A DNA stretch of 64,000 bases from an uncultured bacterium (GTDB lineage Bacteria > Bacteroidota > Ignavibacteria > OLB7). The DNA is taken from positions 17,177 through 81,176 of the forward strand of contig CBHYLN010000003.1 in assembly GCA_966128725.1 (NCBI GenBank), in the 5' to 3' direction. The notes below the pieces were generated by a model. That model worked only from the letters and a program-made list of their open reading frames with translations. It was not told the origin of the DNA and did not search any database. A program made the position numbers and the translations under genes. This document shows, one piece after another, positions 1-7,290 of this stretch; the first letter of the stretch is position 1, and each line of letters starts with the position of its first letter.

Positions 1-419
1 AGGACATCGAAGGAATGCGGTTTAACACCGCGATTTCGGCACTGATGGTGTTCGTCAACGAGTTCATCAACGTGCCGGAGAAGCCACGCGCGGCAATGGA
101 AGCCTTTACGCTGCTGCTCTCCCCGTTCGCGCCGCACATGGCCGAGGAACTGTGGCTGCGTCTGGGACACGAGGCCACCATCGCCTACCAGGCATGGCCC
201 GCGTTCGATCCGGCGAAGGTTGCCGAGGACGAAGTGGAGATCGTGGTGCAAATCAACAGCAAAAACCGGGCAAAGCTGCGCGTTGCGGCCGGAATGGATG
301 CGGCGGGGCTGGAGCAGACGGCGCTGCAGAACGACGTGGTGCGCGAGCTGATCACCGGGAAGACTGTCCGCAAGGTGGTCGCCGTGGTGGACAGGCTTGT
401 GAATGTTATCGCCAACTGA
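1..419 (+). CDS. leuS: Leucine--tRNA ligase, C-terminal fragment (5' end lies outside the window).
   Basis: C-terminal anticodon-binding region typical of LeuRS (…EIVVQINSKNRAKLRV…). The ORF is open to the window edge. Stop TGA at 417-419. Confidence 0.85.
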   Translation, partial: DIEGMRFNTAISALMVFVNEFINVPEKPRAAMEAFTLLLSPFAPHMAEELWLRLGHEATIAYQAWPAFDPAKVAEDEVEIVVQINSKNRAKLRVAAGMDAAGLEQTALQNDVVRELITGKTVRKVVAVVDRLVNVIAN

Positions 420-526
420 GTGAATCTTTTGGGGGATTCGTTCGATAAGGAAGAAGTGCATCCGCCCTCGGGCTGTGCCGCTGTACGAATGCGCTGTTCC
501 GTTCACCTATTACTGTGCCCTCGCGT

Positions 527-1576
527 ATGGATGAGTCAACATCGATCCGATCAATCAAGGTCAAGTTTCCGAACATCAGCTCCAAGTCGTGGGAACATCC
601 GGCCGACCGGGCAACCCTCACTGGCCTGAAGAAGGTACCGGGACTCGACACCGTTCTGCAGAAGTTCGTTGGCGTTACCACCGAGCGTTCGATTCGGTTG
701 ATCACGCTTGCTTCGGCAGTGCGTGTATCCACCAATCAATTTCCCAAGCTCAACAGGCTCCATCGCGAGGCGTGCGACCTCTTCGACCTGAAGGAGATCC
801 CGGAACTCTATGTCTCACAGAGCCCGTTCCTGAACGCCGGCGCCGTGGGCGTTGAGAAACCCTTCATCGTGCTCAACTCGTCCATTGTGGACGGCATGAG
901 CGAGGAAGAGATACTCTACATCCTTGGCCACGAGATCGGCCATTGCATGAGCGGGCATGTGCTGTACAAGACGTTGCTGCAACTGTTGCTGCAGTTCTCC
1001 ACCGCGGCGCTGGCACTGCCGCTTACCGGCGTTTCGCTGCTGGCGATCATCCTGGCTTTGAAGGAGTGGGACCGCAAGAGCGAGCTCAGCGCCGACCGTG
1101 CCGGCCTGCTCGCCGTACAGGATCCGCATGTGTGTTATCGCGCGTTGATGAAGCTGGCCGGCGGCTCGCACACGTCGGAGATGGACATCAACGAATTCTT
1201 CGTGCAGGCGGCCGAATACGAACGTGGCGGCAGCATTGTCGACAGCGTGCACAAGCTTCTCAACCTGGTAAAGCAAAGCCATCCGTTCCCGGTGCTTCGC
1301 CTTACCGAGCTCAAGACATGGGTGGATTCCGGCTCGTACGACAAGATCCTCGGCGGCGACTACATCCGCCGTGACGAAAACGGCCGCGACGACGTGGGCA
1401 GCGCGTTCCGCGAGGCCGCCGACCAGTACAAGGACGACTTCAACAGCTCGAAGGACCCGCTGGCCGAGACGCTTCGTGGGGCAATGGAGGCAGCCGATTC
1501 GGTGCGCGCCAAGGCCAAGGAAGCGTTCAACTCGTTCTTCAACAACACGAACAACGGTTCCACCGAATCCAACTGA
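527..1576 (+). CDS. M48-family Zn metallopeptidase (HtpX/Ste24-like).
   Basis: HEIGH zinc-binding motif (LGHEIGHCMSGH) followed by hydrophobic segments. First ATG in frame at 527; the ORF-track start at 515 is GTG. Confidence 0.8.
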   Translation: MDESTSIRSIKVKFPNISSKSWEHPADRATLTGLKKVPGLDTVLQKFVGVTTERSIRLITLASAVRVSTNQFPKLNRLHREACDLFDLKEIPELYVSQSPFLNAGAVGVEKPFIVLNSSIVDGMSEEEILYILGHEIGHCMSGHVLYKTLLQLLLQFSTAALALPLTGVSLLAIILALKEWDRKSELSADRAGLLAVQDPHVCYRALMKLAGGSHTSEMDINEFFVQAAEYERGGSIVDSVHKLLNLVKQSHPFPVLRLTELKTWVDSGSYDKILGGDYIRRDENGRDDVGSAFREAADQYKDDFNSSKDPLAETLRGAMEAADSVRAKAKEAFNSFFNNTNNGSTESN

Positions 1577-1715
1577 TGGCCGAACCCGCCCCGGATTTCT
1601 CCGGGCCGCGGGCGCCAACCTGCAAGGGGGATCAAATCGGATCGCACGGCATCCCGGCTCACCAGATGAGCCCCGCCCTGCATTCAGTTTGGTTCCCCTT
1701 CACTATTTTCGCGCC

Positions 1716-2873
1716 ATGGCATCCAACCTCCGCTCGCATTTCCTTCTTCGTCCCGACGTCGCATTTCTCAATCACGGTTCATTTGGTGCGTGCCCCCGCC
1801 CTGTGTTCGATGCCTATCAGGCATGGCAACTGGAGCTGGAGCGCGAGCCGGTGGATTTCTTCGTGCGGCGGGCGCCGGCTTTGCTGCGCGAAGCACGCAT
1901 TTCGCTGGCCACCTACATCAACTGCAATCCGGACGATGTGGTCTATGTTCCGAACGCAACGTTCGGCGTCAACATCGTGGCCCGTTCGTTGAAGCTTGGG
2001 GCCGGCGACGAAGTTCTGGGCACCGACCACGAATACGGCGCATGCAATCGCACGTGGCGTTTCCTGGCGGCACAACGTGGATTCGCCTATCGAATGGCGG
2101 CCATTCCCTACCCGGCCACCACACCGGAGAACTTCGTGGAGCAGTTGTTCTCGCAGGTATCGCCCGCAACGCGCGTCATCTTCCTGAGCCACATCACCGC
2201 GCCAACGGCACTCATCCTTCCTGTTGCGGAGGTATGCCGCCGCGCACGCGAGATGGGGATCATGACAATTGTGGATGGCGCGCACGCACCGGGCCAGATA
2301 CCTGTGGACATCGAGGCGATCGGCGCGGACTTTTATACCGGCAACCTGCACAAGTGGCTTTGCGCGCCCAAGGGAGCGGCGTTCCTGCACGCTCGCCGTG
2401 AGTGCCAATCCCTGTTGGATCCACTGATCGTCAGTTGGGGCTGGGAGGCCGCGGTGCCCGGCGCTTCGCCGTTCATCGATCACCAGGAAATGTGGGGCAC
2501 GCGAGATATCAGCGCCACACTGGCAGTACCGGCGGCAATCCAATTTCAGCAGGAGTACAACTGGGACGCCGTACGCGCCGGCTGCCGGGAAATGCTGATG
2601 CAGGCCCGGCCGTTGATTGCCGCGGCGGTTGATGCCGAGCCATGCGCCCCGGACTCCGGCGACTGGTTCATGCAGATGAGCGCGTTCAAGCTTCCGCCCA
2701 CCATCAATGGCCCGGAGCTGCACACGCGTCTGTTCCAGGAACACAGTGTGGAAATCCCGGTGTTCCCGTGGGACGCGCAAACGTTCATGCTGAGGATTTC
2801 AGTACAGGGTTACAACACCTGGGACGATATCCAGCGCCTGCTGGAAGGGCTGAACACGATCATGGGCCGCTGA
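1716..2873 (+). CDS. Aminotransferase class V-fold PLP-dependent enzyme (isopenicillin-N epimerase / cysteine desulfurase-like).
   Basis: Strong family motifs: FLNHGSFGACPRPV, ITAPTALILP, IVDGAHAPGQIP and NLHKW (PLP lysine). The first 115 codons of ORF 1371..2873 are low-complexity Arg/Thr-rich read-through and are excluded. ATG at 1716. Confidence 0.8.
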   Translation: MASNLRSHFLLRPDVAFLNHGSFGACPRPVFDAYQAWQLELEREPVDFFVRRAPALLREARISLATYINCNPDDVVYVPNATFGVNIVARSLKLGAGDEVLGTDHEYGACNRTWRFLAAQRGFAYRMAAIPYPATTPENFVEQLFSQVSPATRVIFLSHITAPTALILPVAEVCRRAREMGIMTIVDGAHAPGQIPVDIEAIGADFYTGNLHKWLCAPKGAAFLHARRECQSLLDPLIVSWGWEAAVPGASPFIDHQEMWGTRDISATLAVPAAIQFQQEYNWDAVRAGCREMLMQARPLIAAAVDAEPCAPDSGDWFMQMSAFKLPPTINGPELHTRLFQEHSVEIPVFPWDAQTFMLRISVQGYNTWDDIQRLLEGLNTIMGR

Positions 2874-2945
2874 CGGCCCATCCTGCTTCATCGTCAGGCC
2901 ATTGCGCTGGCCACATGCATCACGCATTACTCGCCGCGCAAGGCA

Positions 2946-2974
2946 TTGACTGTGGCCGGCACCGATGCTACATT
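2946..2974 (+). promoter_or_regulatory. Sigma70-like promoter candidate (TTGACT-17 nt-TACATT).
   Basis: Near-consensus -35 (TTGACT, 2946-2951) and -10 (TACATT, 2969-2974) with a 17-nt spacer. It lies in a lower-GC 527-nt gap, about 110 nt upstream of the palindromic hairpin at 3083-3109. Confidence 0.35.
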
Positions 2975-3082
2975 AGCACCGCTGGCACGTATGTGTATCC
3001 CACCACTCTATCCCCATGGGCAGCAAGCACACTACCGAATGTTCGCGTATCGGCTTCATGGTAATGCCCGCCTCGCCAGTTG

Positions 3083-3109
3083 AAAAAGTACCCATGAGGG
3101 TACTTTCTT
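3083..3109. terminator. Palindromic hairpin AAAAAGTACCC-ATGA-GGGTACTTTCTT (bidirectional terminator-like).
   Basis: Perfect 9-bp inverted repeat (AAAGTACCC / GGGTACTTT) with a 4-nt loop. An A-run precedes it and a T-rich tract follows. A near-identical element occurs at 24656-24682. Confidence 0.4.
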
Positions 3110-3400
3110 GATAGTACATGAAAATGTGAAGTTACGGACCCTACGTTTCAAGGGAGCGTAACTCCCACAGCGCCATCGCTCATAGTCCTGACGATTTGCG
3201 GAGCGCCTCAGCCTCTCTCCAATGAAGTTCATCGAAGCACCCGTTCGCGGTGAAGGCAGTTTTGGGAGGTCATGTATTCGGTCATTGAAGCGCTATGGTT
3301 ATGTGCTTGCACTACCGACCCCCAAGGCAGTTATCCGCGACCAGTAATTCTCTTTGATCGGCGTTGATTACACGCCGGCTTCTGATAACGCACAGTTTCC

Positions 3401-4237
3401 ATGCCGCGTCAACATAAGATCGATTCTGCTGGAGGGGAGGAGTCACGGCAGCGAAGCCAACGACACTACGCGCCACCAACGGCAACAACAATACCCCCTG
3501 CGATTCTCGGCACGCTGTTCCAATTCCTCGGCAGGATACCAGCCACAGGCGACGTCATCGAATGGATCCATTCATTCGGCGAACTACTTTGCGCAGAGTT
3601 TCCGGACGTTGATCTGGTCTCGGTGCGCGTGAATCTGCATTGCCGGTTGGCGAACCTGGCATCCGAGTATCTTACACTCGACCACACCCCTCCCATCGAT
3701 CTGCTGACACAGTCGCTGGGCGGGCATACCAGCCAGTTACTGCATACCCCGCTGGTGGTGGAGGCCCCAACATTCCAGCCCGAGGCATTTCACGAACCAC
3801 GCGTGATCTCGTACGTCTATGCCGGCGACAGCCTGGGCTCGATCATGCTTCTGCGCAACAAGCGCGAAGCGCCCATCAGCGAGGCCACACTGGCGGCGTT
3901 CGAGGCACTGGAGCCCTTCCTCGTGTTCGCGCTGACCGATCTTGTCGCCCGCTACAACTACGCAAAACCGATCAGCCGGGTATTTCGCGATGTGCTTCGC
4001 GCCATCGGCGAAACCGCACGGCTTACCAGTCGCGAGCTGGAGGTGCTTACGCTGCACATGTTCGGCCGCAAGTACGACGAGATTGCCCGGCGGCTCTACA
4101 TCTCCATCGACACCGTTAAAAAGCACGTGAAGAAGATCCATCGCAAAACCGGAGCTCGCAGCGCCACCGAGCTGTTCGCGCGCTACTTCTCGCCGCTTAT
4201 CGACACCGATCCACCCGACCCCGGCCCGGAGGATTAG
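3401..4237 (+). CDS. LuxR-family transcriptional regulator (N-terminal sensory domain plus C-terminal LuxR HTH).
   Basis: C-terminal HTH: LTSRELEVLTLHMFGRKYDEIARRLYISIDTVKKHVKKIHRKTGARSATEL. Start is uncertain: ATG 3401 is the only canonical in-frame start, and GGAGGGGAGGAG lies just downstream of it. Confidence 0.7.
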   Translation: MPRQHKIDSAGGEESRQRSQRHYAPPTATTIPPAILGTLFQFLGRIPATGDVIEWIHSFGELLCAEFPDVDLVSVRVNLHCRLANLASEYLTLDHTPPIDLLTQSLGGHTSQLLHTPLVVEAPTFQPEAFHEPRVISYVYAGDSLGSIMLLRNKREAPISEATLAAFEALEPFLVFALTDLVARYNYAKPISRVFRDVLRAIGETARLTSRELEVLTLHMFGRKYDEIARRLYISIDTVKKHVKKIHRKTGARSATELFARYFSPLIDTDPPDPGPED

Positions 4238-4298
4238 GCACGCCAACAATGTGGCCACACCCCGCCTCAACGTGGGGGCGCATCCGTAAACGCAAAAC

Positions 4299-4327
4299 GG
4301 GGCGATGGTGTATCTCACCATCGCCCC
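4299..4327 (-). terminator. Rho-independent terminator for the desaturase gene.
   Basis: Perfect 12-bp stem GGGGCGATGGTG / CACCATCGCCCC with loop TATCT. On the minus strand it is followed by TTTTGCGTTTAC. Confidence 0.55.
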
Positions 4328-4374
4328 GCCGCGTATTCAGCATCAACCGTCGCCAGCCGTACTTGCGCCCTTCG

Positions 4375-5250
4375 CTACCGTGGCGACGCCTTCGCGGCGC
4401 GCAATCGCGCAAGCCGCATGGATTTGGTACGGAAGGCAGGAACGATCGGCGCCAGCAGATACACCCGGATGATGTACCACCAGAAGCTTCGTTCGTTCAA
4501 CGAGGGATCGATCAGATGATGCACCTTGGCATGCGCTTCCGGCAGAAGGCTCCAGTGAACACCGGCACGCTGATGATGCACCGTGTGATAGCCGTTGTTG
4601 AACAGCATCTTGTTCAGGAAGCCCAGGAAGTTGCGCGAGTGGTTCCACTCCGACTCCTCCTCGGCATGCACATGTTGAACGTAGTTGAACACGAGCACCG
4701 AGAACAGCCCGAACTGCTGCGGGATGATGATGTACAGCAGGGCCTTTTCCCAGTCAATGAGAAGGGCGCCGCCAACAAACGCGAACAGGGCAACGTACTG
4801 GAACACGGCCAGATAGAACTCGCGCCGATTGGTGCGCCACAGCCCCTTCAGGTAATCACGGATCGGCCGCTGCTGGAAATAGCTGCTGATGGTGGGGTAG
4901 ATGAGCAGTGTGAACAGGTTGTTCTTCTCGCTGACACGGTACGTTATGGTATAGTCACCCGCGCGATTGTTCAGCGCGTGATGGTTCTTGTTGTGGGTCG
5001 GGATCCATGCAAACGCCGGAAACCCATAGAACAGCGTCAGCCAGTAATCGGTGAGCGTGTTCAGTGTCTTCGATCTCCAGATCGGGAGATGATTATGATT
5101 GTGCGCGATCACCGCCACTGTTACGGCCATGTACATGCCGAGAGCGAACAGAAACGGATTCATCGCTGGAAGCGACCATTGCACCACAAGCAACGCGGTA
5201 GTTACCGCCATGTATGCGAGTGTGCGAATATCAGCATTGTACCTGAGCAT
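4375..5250 (-). CDS. Membrane fatty-acid desaturase family protein (possibly a lipid or carotenoid-modifying di-iron enzyme).
   Basis: Three histidine boxes (HNHNH, HNKNHH, HTVHH) and multiple TM helices. Start chosen at MLRYN (ATG 5250). The longer ORF to 5403 adds an Arg/Ser-rich non-protein-like extension. Confidence 0.75.
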   Translation of the reverse strand: MLRYNADIRTLAYMAVTTALLVVQWSLPAMNPFLFALGMYMAVTVAVIAHNHNHLPIWRSKTLNTLTDYWLTLFYGFPAFAWIPTHNKNHHALNNRAGDYTITYRVSEKNNLFTLLIYPTISSYFQQRPIRDYLKGLWRTNRREFYLAVFQYVALFAFVGGALLIDWEKALLYIIIPQQFGLFSVLVFNYVQHVHAEEESEWNHSRNFLGFLNKMLFNNGYHTVHHQRAGVHWSLLPEAHAKVHHLIDPSLNERSFWWYIIRVYLLAPIVPAFRTKSMRLARLRAAKASPR

Positions 5251-5627
5251 AGAAGATCTTCCGGGGAGTACCGTCGGCGTGCGGAGCAATCTTGAAACGC
5301 GCCGAGAAAGGAATGATTTGTAACGGGAGTAAGATAGCGAACGGATGCCCCTGCGACCATGATATTTCGCAAGCAATCCAACGGCATATCCGTGGCTACA
5401 CACGTTTGGCGGGCGGAAACCAGGCGCCCCGCGCGGCAGCGCAGCACGCCATCAACGGCTTGCATGCCTGCGTCGCGCTCGGTATTATCGGCCCACTAGC
5501 CGCCCCTGCACGGGCGTTGATGCATGCATGCCAGGGTAACGGCCCGCGACCGCCGATGGCAACGGCTCCTTGCGCATGCGCGGTTGGCCGCTCAGCCACA
5601 TTCACACACAGCCAGGACACGGACATC

Positions 5628-5957
5628 ATGGCCTACGATGAATCGGTAGCCGCACGGCTCCGCATCCACTTCGCCGATCGCGACGACGTTGTTGAGAAGA
5701 AGATGTTCGGCGGCATCGCGTTCATGGTACGCGGGCACATGTGTGTTGGTGTTGTCCGCGACGAGCTTATGGCTCGCGTAGGCCCCGATCAACACGCCGC
5801 GGCCATAACGCGACCAAACGCACGCCCGATGGATTTCACCGGCCGCCCGATGAAGGGATTCATATACGTCGCGCCGCAGGGATTTGCCACGGCAAGCGCG
5901 TTGAGCGATTGGGTGCGGCTCTGCGAGGCATTTGTTTCCACGCTCCCACCCAAATAG
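5628..5957 (+). CDS. TfoX/Sxy N-terminal domain protein.
   Basis: …KKMFGGIAFMVRGHMCVGV… matches the TfoX_N fold. ATG at 5628 preceded by AGGACACGG. The upstream part of ORF 5292.. is a low-complexity read-through. Confidence 0.6.
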   Translation: MAYDESVAARLRIHFADRDDVVEKKMFGGIAFMVRGHMCVGVVRDELMARVGPDQHAAAITRPNARPMDFTGRPMKGFIYVAPQGFATASALSDWVRLCEAFVSTLPPK

Positions 5958-5960
5958 CCG

Positions 5961-6455
5961 ATGCCAATGAACAACCAGAACGAAGCACACTACCAGATGC
6001 TGCGGCATACGCTGGCGACCGTGGCATATCGAGCCCGCAAAGCCCTGCACGATGCGCCCGATGGATTCAGCACCTTCCGCGCCCGGGAAGACTCCCGAAG
6101 CGGGGGCGAGATCCTTTCGCATATGTGCGATCTGTACGACTGGGCCATTCGGCTGGCCACAAACGAAAACATCTGGACCACATCGAGCGTTGGCGATTGG
6201 GATGGTGATGCCGAACGATTCTTTCAGTCGCTGGGACGGCTTGATGCATACCTGGCGCAGGGCAACCAGCTTCTGTGCCCGGCGGAACGCCTGTTCCAGG
6301 GTCCGATCGCCGACAGCCTGACGCACATTGGCCAGATCGCGATGCTCCGCCGATTGGCCGAGTCGCCCGTTCGCGGCGAGAACTACTTCAAGGCCACGAT
6401 CACGACCGGGACAACCGGGACGGACCAAGCGCCGCCCGTGTTCGAGTTCGATTGA
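5961..6455 (+). CDS. DinB/YfiT-like (DinB_2) family protein.
   Basis: Conserved His-containing segments (EILSHMCDLYDW, SLTHIGQIAMLRR) resemble the DinB-family four-helix bundle. Assignment is by recall only. Confidence 0.5.
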   Translation: MPMNNQNEAHYQMLRHTLATVAYRARKALHDAPDGFSTFRAREDSRSGGEILSHMCDLYDWAIRLATNENIWTTSSVGDWDGDAERFFQSLGRLDAYLAQGNQLLCPAERLFQGPIADSLTHIGQIAMLRRLAESPVRGENYFKATITTGTTGTDQAPPVFEFD

Positions 6456-6491
6456 GTTCGGCTCGTGCGCCCGCGATCCCCGGATCACGCA

Positions 6492-7133
6492 TCACGGAAC
6501 AACATCGCCGATCTCCCCGCCAAGGCGTTGGCACAACGCGCGATACCATGCCTCGGCCGCGGCAAGCTCTTCCTGAAAGCCCTGCACCCCCCATATCACC
6601 GACAGCGTGCGAACCGTGGCCGCCGCCGTTTTGGTGCGCTGCGAATCCTTCACCGCGTTGGCGCACGGGCCGTCGGCATCAAACAGGCACAGCAGGCCGG
6701 CTACATCGATCTCCTGAGCGGATGCGTTGAACACGTACCGCTGGCCCTGCCCGGCCAGGCCAATTCGCAGCGGTTGCCGGGCGCGGTCCAGATCCACAAG
6801 GCTGATCGGAAATCCGCTGGCCAGCGAGACCACATTGCACGCATCCACCGCCGCATTGATCGAACCCAGCTTCGCTTCCTCGGCCGCGCGCACCAGATAC
6901 TCCGAAGCCGGCTTGCCGCGCCCGGTGGGCTTATACCCCCCATGCCGCAGCATCTCGCGTACAGCCGAGCGCACTTCCTCGGTTCGGCGAACGGGCACGT
7001 CGGCATCAACGCGCAGAAGATCCGTAAGCCAATCAGGCGATGGATTCTCGGCCAGCGGCCGTGGGAACGTGGTTGTAAAGGCGCGCGCATCCAGCAATGG
7101 ATGCTGATCAACGTGCAGATTCATCGCAGGCAT
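6492..7133 (-). CDS. B3/B4 tRNA-binding domain protein.
   Basis: …LRHGGYKPTGRGKPASEYL…INAAVDACNVVSLASGFPISLVDLD… matches the B3_4 domain (as in PheT). Start taken at MPAMNLH (ATG 7133); an alternative ATG lies at 7124. Confidence 0.6.
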   Translation of the reverse strand: MPAMNLHVDQHPLLDARAFTTTFPRPLAENPSPDWLTDLLRVDADVPVRRTEEVRSAVREMLRHGGYKPTGRGKPASEYLVRAAEEAKLGSINAAVDACNVVSLASGFPISLVDLDRARQPLRIGLAGQGQRYVFNASAQEIDVAGLLCLFDADGPCANAVKDSQRTKTAAATVRTLSVIWGVQGFQEELAAAEAWYRALCQRLGGEIGDVVP

Positions 7134-7266
7134 CAACGGTATGGTGTACGGCTCCGGGATTGAACGAAGGAACCGACAATATAGCCAGCATGCAATCTCA
7201 TCGGATCGCGTTTCGCGCGGCCACCGATGCCGTTCTGTGTATTTTGGCGTTCCTCCCTCTTCCCTA

Positions 7267-7279
7267 TCTCTCTCTCTCT
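7267..7279 (+). repeat. (TC)6.5 dinucleotide microsatellite inside a 30-nt polypyrimidine tract, immediately 5' of mutS.
   Basis: tctctctctctct at 7267-7279 ends 11 nt before the mutS ATG (7291). The surrounding tract ttcctccctcttccctatctctctctctct runs 7249-7279. Confidence 0.9.
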
Positions 7280-7290
7280 GAAGCGAAGGC

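Noticed and set aside
1371-1715. N-terminal 115 codons of ORF 1371..2873 (MTKTAATTWAARSARPPTSTRTTS…).
   Set aside because: Low-complexity Arg/Thr/Pro read-through overlapping the end of the M48 peptidase gene. The conserved aminotransferase begins at MASNLRS (ATG 1716).
5292-5627. Upstream extension of the TfoX-N ORF.
   Set aside because: Cys/Ala/Gly-rich and unprotein-like. It overlaps the desaturase promoter region. A good ATG with upstream AGGAC lies at 5628.
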